A stretch of 64,000 nucleotides of DNA from the IMG/VR virus record IMGVR_UViG_3300011116_001227, one strand, 5' to 3'. A model generated the notes under the pieces. That model saw only the letters and a program-made list of their open reading frames with translations. It did no database searches and was not told the DNA's origin. The position numbers and the translations under genes were made by a program. The stretch comes from a virus (lineage: Duplodnaviria > Caudoviricetes). Of this stretch, positions 48,179 to 57,800 are shown one piece after another; position 1 is the stretch's first letter; the number at the start of each line of letters is the position of its first letter.

Positions 48179-50916
48179 AAAATTATTTCTCCGATGTAGT
48201 GCACGATGTCATTGGAAATGATCCTGTCATTGACCAATTTGACGTATCATATCCTGCAAATTTCTATAAAACTTCTCAAGACAATTACATTACTGGAACA
48301 TTACTAAAAGTCGACAATGTTCAAACAGTTAAGTCAGGTAAACTATCTTTTAGTGTTGGAGAAAGAGGAAGTCTTTTTAGCAAATTACAAGCTTCTTCTC
48401 AGCCTCCTTTAGATTCGACATACGGGTCTGCAGAAGTTTCTAAAAATTCTTCATATGCAGAAAGACTTGTTCCTTGGATTGAAAAAGTTTCAAATAGCTA
48501 CAGAATTACGCAATGTGTTGATGAAAAAGAAAGATTCTACGATTCTTGTTTACCTTCAATAAAAAGTTGTTTTGCTTCTGACAATGCAAATTTTTGGGTG
48601 ACATCTGATGACCCTCTTTATTGGCTTAGCCCATATGGAAATGTTCAAACAGCTAGCGTAGGTTACATGCTGTTTAACGCTTCTCCAATAACATCTGGAG
48701 CGATATCCAACAATTCATGGACGTGGTCTTTTCCGTTTGATGTCAAATATTCAAATGCTGAAAGACTTCAAAAATCTTCGGATGTTCTAAGTAATTTAAC
48801 TACAAAGACAGTAACTAACTGGTATCCTCAGCCATTTACTTCAGTCAAAGATCAAAAAACAACAAGAACCTTAGACAGTTTTCTCCCGTTGCTACCAGGG
48901 AAAAAACAAATTAACACATCAGATGGAAGCTTTAGGGTAGACCCGTCTTTGCCAGCTAATGGTGATGGAAGTTATAGAATTCTTATCCCGTCTGACATTG
49001 ATCTTTCAACAAAGATTCCACTTAGAAATGAATACCTAACGGGAACGATGTCTGATGATGAAATGATTAAATTCTTGTTTGGTTTCGGCGACCTCAACAA
49101 CATCGCCTATACATCGTACAGTTTAAATGAATCTGAAGATGAATCAAATCTTTCTTCTTCTTATTTCACTGGTTTTGAACTACACGACTGGACAAATATT
49201 TATCAAACAAGCATAACATCTCCCTGGTTAACTGCTTCGTTTGCTTCTTCATCTTTTAACGGCGCACCTCTACCTCCTGACACGATACCTTTTAATTTTA
49301 GTCAATTTAATCAAACATCTACAGCAGCTAGTATAAGATGGATACCTCCGGTAGTTATACCCCAAAGTGCAGTGGGTCAAGGATATCCTGTTGATGTTTA
49401 TCTTTATGACGATACGGGTCAATCTTACACTAAAACGACAACAACTCTTGGCACAATTTCTTTTGGAGCAAGCTCAACAGGTTACGCTGAATATCCTTGG
49501 ACTCTAGTTGCAAGAGAAAATTTTGCAAGTGCATCTTTTAATAATGATGAGACTTTAAAAGTCTACAACTATGTTTCACAGTCAACTTATTATTCTTACG
49601 CTGAAGGAAATACTTCATATGCTAGAGGTCAAGTTTTAACAGGAACTACAGGTATATTCTGGTTATCTAGCTCTTCTCCTGCAAGTCACTGGATCATGGG
49701 TTCTTTTTTGAGCTCATCTACATTCTCAGCGATTACAATCGGTGACAGAGATATTAATAGATACGAGTATAGAATGCCTGATCCTGTTTTTACGGGTGGC
49801 AAAGCAGTTTCATCTCAAAGAGCAGATGTAACATCTTCATTACCTTGGAAACTATCGTATTCTAGAGCTATATCAGCACATGTTTCTGACTATTTTTATA
49901 GTAGCTTTACTGGAATGCCAGGTTATCCGTCGAATGTAGGCGGAATCGACGTAGTTATTGAAAAATTGCAAGGAACAGATACACCTTTTCAAGGAACAGG
50001 GCAGATAGAAACTTCTCCTCAGGTATTAACAGATTTTACTTCTTCTCTTTATCCGCCAGGAGAATACCAAATTAAATTTAGTTACGTAAAAACAGGTGTA
50101 TCTGGAAGCTCTAACAAAGTAGATAGATCCTTTATTGATAATGTTAATATTCTTACATTTCCTGTAGCTCAATTGACAGGAAATCTTGACCCACCACATA
50201 GAATTGGATACAGTCATTATCCAGACTTTAGACAAGTTATTAGAGATACTAGAACTGCTACTGATTTTCCAGGATCAGGATTTACTTCGCTAAGCAGTCT
50301 ATACAAAATTAATAGATCAAAATCTAGTTCAGTTTTTCTTCAAGAATCATCAAAATATCAACAGTCAAATAACTACGGTGCATACGAATTTGGAATAGCG
50401 CCAGTGATTCGAGGATGGAAGTACGGTATCTATAACGGATTACCTGCGCACTCAAGAATTATATTTAGAAGAAATAGATACGGTCAGTTTAGAGACATGC
50501 TGGAACAGAGACAATTTACTAAATTTATCAATGCAGACGTCACTGAATTGACTAATGTGTCAAGAGGCAGCAAGACAAGAACTACAACAAAAAATAGAAT
50601 TTCTTCTCCGCAAGAAGGACCCGTAACTGTCAAGTTTGTCACTCAAACTGCAGTAACTGATGCAGCTGGTTTTGGAACAGTTACAACGACTATTACTGAT
50701 CCTATGCAGACCACTTCTCAAAATCTAAGTACAGAAGTGACTTCTTCTCTCCCGTTTTTTGACGGAGAAAGTAGAAGTAGATTGGGTGATTTTAATCCTG
50801 ACGGATCTAGAACATCGCAGCTCAAATTAGTGACTGCCGGTACGTCTACGTTTACAGCAGCTACAAATCCAACATTGATGTCACAGACCAATCCAAATAA
50901 CACAACAATTCTATGA
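48175..50916 (+). CDS. Large Ser/Thr-rich putative virion protein
   Basis: 913-aa ORF coupled by ATGA overlaps within the structural operon. Confidence 0.6.
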   Translation: MKNYFSDVVHDVIGNDPVIDQFDVSYPANFYKTSQDNYITGTLLKVDNVQTVKSGKLSFSVGERGSLFSKLQASSQPPLDSTYGSAEVSKNSSYAERLVPWIEKVSNSYRITQCVDEKERFYDSCLPSIKSCFASDNANFWVTSDDPLYWLSPYGNVQTASVGYMLFNASPITSGAISNNSWTWSFPFDVKYSNAERLQKSSDVLSNLTTKTVTNWYPQPFTSVKDQKTTRTLDSFLPLLPGKKQINTSDGSFRVDPSLPANGDGSYRILIPSDIDLSTKIPLRNEYLTGTMSDDEMIKFLFGFGDLNNIAYTSYSLNESEDESNLSSSYFTGFELHDWTNIYQTSITSPWLTASFASSSFNGAPLPPDTIPFNFSQFNQTSTAASIRWIPPVVIPQSAVGQGYPVDVYLYDDTGQSYTKTTTTLGTISFGASSTGYAEYPWTLVARENFASASFNNDETLKVYNYVSQSTYYSYAEGNTSYARGQVLTGTTGIFWLSSSSPASHWIMGSFLSSSTFSAITIGDRDINRYEYRMPDPVFTGGKAVSSQRADVTSSLPWKLSYSRAISAHVSDYFYSSFTGMPGYPSNVGGIDVVIEKLQGTDTPFQGTGQIETSPQVLTDFTSSLYPPGEYQIKFSYVKTGVSGSSNKVDRSFIDNVNILTFPVAQLTGNLDPPHRIGYSHYPDFRQVIRDTRTATDFPGSGFTSLSSLYKINRSKSSSVFLQESSKYQQSNNYGAYEFGIAPVIRGWKYGIYNGLPAHSRIIFRRNRYGQFRDMLEQRQFTKFINADVTELTNVSRGSKTRTTTKNRISSPQEGPVTVKFVTQTAVTDAAGFGTVTTTITDPMQTTSQNLSTEVTSSLPFFDGESRSRLGDFNPDGSRTSQLKLVTAGTSTFTAATNPTLMSQTNPNNTTIL

Positions 50917-52607
50917 CGACGCCCACAGCTAAAAATCCTAATGACGCATTTGCATATTTGACAAATGAATCGGGGGCAAAATCAGAATTAGTTAGAATTG
51001 CTGCACTTGTCGATCTTCAAGTAGGAACGCCAGATACGCCTGCAGAGTTACACGTAACAGGTAGATTCTCACAAAGTGTCGTGCTTGTTCAAGCTCAGGC
51101 AAATCAGACCTTAAATTTTCCTGCAAACTTTACGTTGCTTTGTGTAGAAGTCGTAAATCCAAAAGAAAATTCACAAATTTATGTGAATCTTCCAGATTCA
51201 CCAAGATTAGGACAACTTTGTTACGTAAAAGATGAATCAGGTACATCAGATATCTGTAATTTAGTTGTTCAAAGCAATTCGAAGATTAATTCTTCAAACA
51301 ATACAATTATTGATTTTAAAAATGGATGTATTGGCTTCACATGGCTGGGAGAGTCATGGACTATTATCACTTCTTCTGGTTCTTCAACTATAATAGAAAA
51401 AACTATAGTTCAAGAAAAAACTACTGAAACAATAATAAGCTCTGGAGGAGGCGGAGGATCAGGTGATGTCGTTGGACCTTCTTCTTCAACAGACAATGCA
51501 GTAGTAAGATTTGATCTAACGACTGGAAAATTAATACAAAATTCAGGAGTCACGATAAGCGATGCTAACAACGTCGTTATTCCAGGATCGTTAAGCATTG
51601 CCGGAGGTTACGGATCTTCTGGTGTAACAATAAGCACTGCAGGAAATGTTCAAGCTAATGGAAATGCAACTTTTGACGGAAGCTTAACTGTTACTGGTGG
51701 GACAACATCTGTAACAGACGCAATTTTAGGCAATGCAGCTGTTGGATCATTTCCTTATTTTGATGGCGGAGCTTATTCTGGTGATTATGCGATCTTTAGT
51801 CATAAAGATTTAGACAATTCATCTGTTATAACAAATTACGCGATTTATCAAGATAAAATTGGCAATACGTCTATCAACGCAGCAGACGGAAAAAACTTAT
51901 ATTTTGCTATTAACAATGTAGCAATGGGCGCAATAACAAATGATCTATTAGGAACTGGAATTGATTCTATTGTTCTTACAGGTGATTTGTCAACTAGAAC
52001 AAATGTCTTATTGGGAAATTCAACAGGCGCTTCTTCAACAACTATAAATGCTGGAACAGGTGACATTACTTTAGCAGGTAACACTTCAGGAACAGACGTT
52101 GTATTAGAAGGTTACGTTAGAATTCCTAGTAACCCTACTCTCTTTATAGATACAATAACACCAGCGCAAAGTCTTACATCAGCCACGACAAATATCAATT
52201 GGAGTAATACAGCACCTAATTTCTTTGATAATTCGAGCGGTTGGGATAATACGAATAAAAATTGGACTGTACCAAAAACAGGTCGATACCAAGTCTCAAT
52301 ATCATTATTGTCGAGAATAAGCTCGTCAATTTCTGCAGACGTAAGATATATTCAGTGTACCATGTATAACAGCGGTACAACAAATCGTTACACAGTTGCT
52401 GAAGGCGGAGCAATAGATAGTGCAGCTTATAGCGGTGTTTCTCCGATTAATTACTACCAGTCTATTGCGGGATCAGGTGTATATGCATTGACATCTTCAC
52501 ATAAAGTTGCATTTCAATTTTCTTCAAATGCAAACAATTCAAGCGTTTTTCTCTACAACGGCTCTAGTGAGCAAAAACTCTATATCAAATATTTAGGTCT
52601 GGATTGA
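50913..52607 (+). CDS. Tail fibre protein with a C1q-like C-terminal domain
   Basis: GGGSGDVVGPSSSTDNAVVRFD fibre motif; FDNSSGWD...WTVPKTGRYQVS C1q-type tip. Confidence 0.7.
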   Translation: MTTPTAKNPNDAFAYLTNESGAKSELVRIAALVDLQVGTPDTPAELHVTGRFSQSVVLVQAQANQTLNFPANFTLLCVEVVNPKENSQIYVNLPDSPRLGQLCYVKDESGTSDICNLVVQSNSKINSSNNTIIDFKNGCIGFTWLGESWTIITSSGSSTIIEKTIVQEKTTETIISSGGGGGSGDVVGPSSSTDNAVVRFDLTTGKLIQNSGVTISDANNVVIPGSLSIAGGYGSSGVTISTAGNVQANGNATFDGSLTVTGGTTSVTDAILGNAAVGSFPYFDGGAYSGDYAIFSHKDLDNSSVITNYAIYQDKIGNTSINAADGKNLYFAINNVAMGAITNDLLGTGIDSIVLTGDLSTRTNVLLGNSTGASSTTINAGTGDITLAGNTSGTDVVLEGYVRIPSNPTLFIDTITPAQSLTSATTNINWSNTAPNFFDNSSGWDNTNKNWTVPKTGRYQVSISLLSRISSSISADVRYIQCTMYNSGTTNRYTVAEGGAIDSAAYSGVSPINYYQSIAGSGVYALTSSHKVAFQFSSNANNSSVFLYNGSSEQKLYIKYLGLD

Positions 52608-52620
52608 TTGGAAGAATTAT

Positions 52621-52923
52621 ATGCCAATAGCACTCGATAAAGAAGAGATTACAGTTGTTGACCATATTCAAATTACAAAATTTGAAGTTGAAGCTAATGG
52701 TTTGAAGGTCATAATACACTTTTCAAAAGGAACCTTAGATTCAAATTCTAATTTTGTAGCAAAAGAATACGGTAAAAGAGTAATTCAAAATCCTGAAATA
52801 GATCTAACACTCTACAGTCAAGTTAAAGATGCATTGTATTCAATGCTCAGCAATCAATTTTTACTAGAAACAAATCCAATTATTACAAAAGAAGTAGTAA
52901 CTAATCAACCTGAAGACAAATAA
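52621..52923 (+). CDS. Small protein, possible tail-fibre assembly factor
   Basis: 100 aa directly after the fibre gene; function by position only. Confidence 0.5.
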   Translation: MPIALDKEEITVVDHIQITKFEVEANGLKVIIHFSKGTLDSNSNFVAKEYGKRVIQNPEIDLTLYSQVKDALYSMLSNQFLLETNPIITKEVVTNQPEDK

Positions 52924-53424
52924 TCAACAGATTCCTATTTCGAATTCTTCGGGATCGTAGTCTTGTTCTTCTACAGATTCTTCTTTAAATAATTCTTTAA
53001 AATTAATCCTTGGTTTATTCCGACCTTTTAATTCGATTACTTTTAAATAGCTCTCGCCATTTCTGGTGTACCACGGAATGATATTTCCCGACACCCAACC
53101 GCTAAATCCAGTGATGTAATCAAATCCATCCTTGCCAGATTTTCTTGTGCATTTTCCTACTTTGATGTTATCACACTTAACAGTTAATGTTTTTATGGGA
53201 GGAACTTTACCATCTAAAAAAATGCTTGTGAGATCTAAGCTGCTATAGTCAGAACCCAGCCATTCGATTTCTAAGAATTCACCTTTAGACAGTGTAATTG
53301 TTTTCTTGAGTTGACTTTCGATCTGAGAATATTCGTGAAGATATATAAAAGATGATAGAGACTCATAGATCTGAAAAGACCATTTCTTTTTGGAGTCTCT
53401 CAGACTTATTCTTACTTTCTTCAC
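52924..53424 (-). CDS. Hypothetical protein
   Basis: 166-aa ORF, last gene of the inverted cassette. Confidence 0.65.
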   Translation of the reverse strand: MKKVRISLRDSKKKWSFQIYESLSSFIYLHEYSQIESQLKKTITLSKGEFLEIEWLGSDYSSLDLTSIFLDGKVPPIKTLTVKCDNIKVGKCTRKSGKDGFDYITGFSGWVSGNIIPWYTRNGESYLKVIELKGRNKPRINFKELFKEESVEEQDYDPEEFEIGIC

Positions 53425-53452
53425 TCGAATTATCCTTGGATTAATAAAAATC

Positions 53453-53842
53453 TTAAAATAGCTTTAGGTTGCCTGTAATTGCATCAAGTTTATCGCCTTC
53501 GTCAGGTCCAAGCGATGCTGCAATAATTTGCATTCCTTCGTCGATCTTACCACTCGTCGAGCCAAGAATTTCATAAGTTGAAATTCCTTGAATTTCAGCT
53601 TTTAAAAGAAGCTTTCGAATAGCATCTTCTGAAGAAACTCCAAGAACAATTCTTGTTGAGTTTCCAAGCAACCATTCAGCCTCAATTCCTGAAAGTTCCA
53701 CCTGAACGACGTCGCTTCTATCAGATTCATTTCCTTCGGAAATAAAAGACATAGAAGCTTTTGCAGCAAGTGCAGCAGCTTCTGCTCTTCTCAGGCGAAT
53801 GTCTCTTCTAAGCAGTATTACTTGCTTAATGTGGCTTTTCAT
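53453..53842 (-). CDS. Peptidyl-tRNA hydrolase 2 (Pth2)-like protein, divergent
   Basis: KQVILLRRD, RIVLGV, LGP...LDAITGNLKLF match the Pth2 framework. Confidence 0.75.
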   Translation of the reverse strand: MKSHIKQVILLRRDIRLRRAEAAALAAKASMSFISEGNESDRSDVVQVELSGIEAEWLLGNSTRIVLGVSSEDAIRKLLLKAEIQGISTYEILGSTSGKIDEGMQIIAASLGPDEGDKLDAITGNLKLF

Positions 53843-53878
53843 ATGATTATGAAAAGATTATAATAACAATTGAGAATT

Positions 53879-54334
53879 TTATACGAAGTCTTTTGAAATT
53901 GTTGAAACTAATTCAGATCTTAATTCCATAAGTAACTTTCCAAGCCAATTTTCACCTCGACCTCTGCAGACACCCCAAAAAATGTCATTCCAAGTATTGC
54001 TATGAATTAGTTTAGCGTTACCTGTCTCAATCAATTGATGCTGCAAGAACGGGCTTTCAAATTTCTTATGAAGAAATGATCTCATAAGAGGAATTCTTAC
54101 CTCGTTCCAATCCGGACGCAAAATAACACACTTTCCAAGTTTTTTTGCTTCATGTGGAGTTTTTGCTTTTCTTATTAACTCTCTAATATTTTCATCAACC
54201 GTTTTATGTGACTGATACGCATGCTCAACTGTAGGAAACGGCTTCTTGTCTATGTAGATTGTACTTGGATAAAAATTAGACAAGAAGCCGTTTTTAAGTC
54301 GAGGAGAAAAATCTTCTATTGGTTTCGAACTCAA
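53879..54334 (-). CDS. NADAR-family (YbiA/DUF1768) hydrolase
   Basis: FLSNFYPS, FPTVEHAYQSHK, KF...L...L.ETG...L, D.FWG, G.NWLGKLLMELR. Confidence 0.93.
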   Translation of the reverse strand: MSSKPIEDFSPRLKNGFLSNFYPSTIYIDKKPFPTVEHAYQSHKTVDENIRELIRKAKTPHEAKKLGKCVILRPDWNEVRIPLMRSFLHKKFESPFLQHQLIETGNAKLIHSNTWNDIFWGVCRGRGENWLGKLLMELRSELVSTISKDFV

Positions 54335-54368
54335 GTTTCCCTCAAGAAGTTAATTTCTCACACGCTAC

Positions 54369-54596
54369 TCACTTCTTTGCGGCAGCAGAAGCAGATGCCG
54401 CTGGAACTGCGACAGATGCAGAAGGTGCTGACTCAGCTGAAACAGCTGCTGTTGCTGTTGCGGATGCTTCAACTTGTGGTGCAGCTGAAACTGCTGCTGA
54501 AGCAGATGCTGCTGCCTCATCCTTTGACTTCTCAGACTCTGTGCAGCTAAGAAGGCTTGCTAACATAACGAAACTTACATTTTTAAAGTTAAACAT
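54369..54596 (-). CDS. Small Ala-rich putative lipoprotein
   Basis: SD AGGAG; signal peptide with lipobox-like LLSC; low-complexity Ala/Ser tail. Confidence 0.65.
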   Translation of the reverse strand: MFNFKNVSFVMLASLLSCTESEKSKDEAAASASAAVSAAPQVEASATATAAVSAESAPSASVAVPAASASAAAKK

Positions 54597-54627
54597 TTTT
54601 TACTCCTAAATGACTAAATGTTTTCGG

Positions 54628-54652
54628 AATAGAATCTTCCTCGGATTCTATT
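54628..54652. other. Perfect 9-bp inverted repeat in a divergent intergenic region
   Basis: AATAGAATC-ttcctcg-GATTCTATT. Confidence 0.55.
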
Positions 54653-54802
54653 TATTACTGCCAGTTAGATATGTTTATTTAATTTTAAATTGATTATCTG
54701 CGTTGATTATGATCTTAAATTAGAAAAACAAAGTCGTCACTGTCAATAGTTACATGCGTCAAGTTAAAAAATCCGGTATCGACTAGAAAGACTTGCTGTT
54801 AA

Positions 54803-57800
54803 ATGGGATATAGAGATTCACAAAGATTTAGAAAAGTCTACGGATATTATAGACCGCAACCCAGGCCAGTCGACACAGGCTTTACAATAGATAAAAATTA
54901 TGTCGATGAAGCGCTTCAATCACTAGACTGGAAACAGTCAGTAAGAGCAGCTTCGACAACAAGTGTCAGCCTTAATTCACCTGGGTTAATAGATGGTGTC
55001 ACATTAGCTGAAGAAGATAGAGTTCTATTAAAGAATCAGACAGCAGGATCTGAAAATGGAATTTATATCTATTATTCAGCTTCTGACGCTCTAGTTAGAA
55101 CTCTCGACGCAGCACAAGATTCTTTAACAAGCGGCGCAGCAGTTTATGTAGAAGAAGGTTCTTTAAACAGCCAAACTGTTTGGATTCTATCAACTTACGA
55201 TCCAATCGTAGTAGGAACTACAAATCTTACATGGGTTCAATTCCCAAATGCAAGTTCCATTTCTATCTTTACACAGACTGGATCTTACGCAAAGACAACA
55301 TTTAGCGTTTCATTTGACGGTTCTTATACTTCACAAAAAGGAAACGACGTTTTCTTCTTTGTCAGCGGAACGATAGGAGATATTGCTAACAAGAAAATCA
55401 GCGTATTTGGCGGAGATCTTCTCGTCAGTGGAGGTTTAAAAGTCGGAGACGACATCAACGCTGAAAGTTTCTTTATAAGAATTCCAGGATCCTCGCTCAA
55501 TTCTACTCCTGTTGGCAGCATAACAGGATCGATCCAAGGAATTGTTCTATCTTCTTCACAAGACATAAGATTCACAGTAAATTCAGGTTCTTATAATTTA
55601 GCGACGATAAATGATCCTTCAAATTACAATTACGTATTTGGTACAGGATCGCTAGTTGAATCTATTCTTAGCGCGAAGTACGATGGTTATTCTTACTATC
55701 GCAAAGGATTCTTATTTGGATCAAATGTATCGATATCGGGCACACTAGATGTTTCGTCCATCGGAACTCTTAGACCTGGTTGGAACGACGAGAGAGACGC
55801 AGACATATATTACAACGGTGTAATGTTAAATGATGGTAGCGCTATAACAGGCGACTACGAGTTTATTGACAGTCATACTGTTTTATTAAATACAGCATCA
55901 GTAGGACCGGTCGCCGGTGGTGATATAATCACTGTCGTCATAAAAAATGCTGATGGCGCGCCATATGGAATGTCTTACGTTCCACCACCAGCAGTTACCA
56001 TGGGTGGAGATGTCTCAGGTGATTCTAATTCAGCAACAGTTACGAGAATTAGAAATAGAGTCGTTTCTCCTGCAGGTCCGACAAATGGTGACATTTATAT
56101 TTTTAATGCTTATCAAAATCAATGGGTCCCTTCAGGATCAATTGTTACAGCATTATTTGCAGGGTCGGGTTTAAACGCATCTAAGACAACTGGATCGATA
56201 TCGATCAATATTGACGACAGTATTCTAGCTACACTCTCAGGTGCAACATTTACGGGTCCTGTCAATTTTAACGAAGGTCTCTCGGGTTCTCTCACATCAT
56301 TAACAGATGGATCACCGTATTTAATAGCGGGAAGCAACATCATAATTGCGACGCAATCAAACGGCGCAATTTCAATCTCTTCGACAGCTTCGGGAACGGG
56401 AGGAGACAGTTTCTTCCAGTCTTCAATTAACGACTCAATTTTTACGACAGGATCTGTCGCAATTAGAGGAACAAATTCTCTAATCAGCTCATCTTATAAT
56501 GCAGGCTCTGATGTTTTCTTCTACGTCAGCGGAAGCACTAACGTTTCGGGATCTTCAGCTAAAATAGCACTTTTTGGTGGTGATCTTGTAACATCAGGAA
56601 GTATTAGCGTTTCAAATGGTGGCTCAATTGTTGGAAACTTAACTGCTGTCAACAACGTTGGAATACTTGGCGATTTAAACGTAATGTCAGATGCTTTAAT
56701 AGCAGGAGACATCACGGGAAGTTTTGGACTTAAAATCGCTTCGGGCTCTTCATTTGGTGGAGTTGCAAGATTTGAATCAGGACTCAGCGGTTCTCTCACA
56801 AAGCTTCGAGATGGTTCTTCATATTTGATCGCAGGATCAAATATCATAATTTCTTCTGCGTCAAATGGCGCAGTAACAATCTCTTCGACAGCTTCGGGAA
56901 CGGGAGGAGACAGCTTCTTCCAGTCATTAGTGACAGGATCAATTTTTACGACAGGATCTGTCGCGATTAGAGGTGCAAATACTCTAATAAGTTCATCTTA
57001 CAGCGTTGGATCTGATGTTTTCTTCTACGTCAGCGGAAGCACTAACGTCACTGGATCGACAGCTAAAGTTGCATTATTCGGCGGAGACATTGTAACTTCA
57101 GGAAGTATTAGCGTCTCAAATGGAGGCTCTGTTGTTGGCAATTTGACAGCTGTTAACAACGTAGGCATTCTTGGAGATTTAAATGTAATGTCTGATGCTC
57201 TAATTGCAGGAGATATTACAGGAAGTGCTTCTCTTAGAATTGCTTCTGGTTCTACGTTTAACGGACCTGCTAAATTCAATTCTGGTTTGAGTGGATCTCT
57301 TACAAATTTGTCAGATGGATCTTCTTACATCAGAGCAGGTTCAAATATCACAGTTTCTACTTCTTCTAATGGATCATTAACGATATCTTCGATTGCTTCT
57401 GGCGCAAGCTATTTTAACAGCACGACGCAAGGATCAATTTTCACTACGGGAAGCGTTTCATTCTCTGGCAATCAGGTAGGAATTGACGCTCCTACAGACA
57501 TAGGAAATGATGTCTTCTTCTACGTAAGCGGTTCTATTGGATCAAAAAATACTTCGACTCAAGGAACTGCAGTATTTGGAGGAGACGTTAGAGTCAGTGG
57601 ATCTTTAACCGTTGGAACAGGTTCTGTAACAATTACATCGAACGATATTCAATTCGGTGATTCTGCAACCAAGATAGAAAAATCTGGAAATAATCTAAAG
57701 ATAAGTTTATCGGGCGGTAATTTACTAATTGCTTCTGGAGCAATTTCCAGCAATTCTGGATTAACGGGATCGCTAACTCGTCTATCAGACGGCACGCCTT

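Noticed and set aside
54221-54609. Plus-strand ORFs 54221..54550 and 54319..54609
   Set aside because: These are antisense shadows of the Ala-rich minus-strand gene, which has the SD and the signal peptide.
56377-57384. Possible DGR template/variable repeat pair
   Set aside because: The differences are mainly synonymous and not adenine-specific, both copies are in-frame within one gene, and no reverse transcriptase is present in the window.
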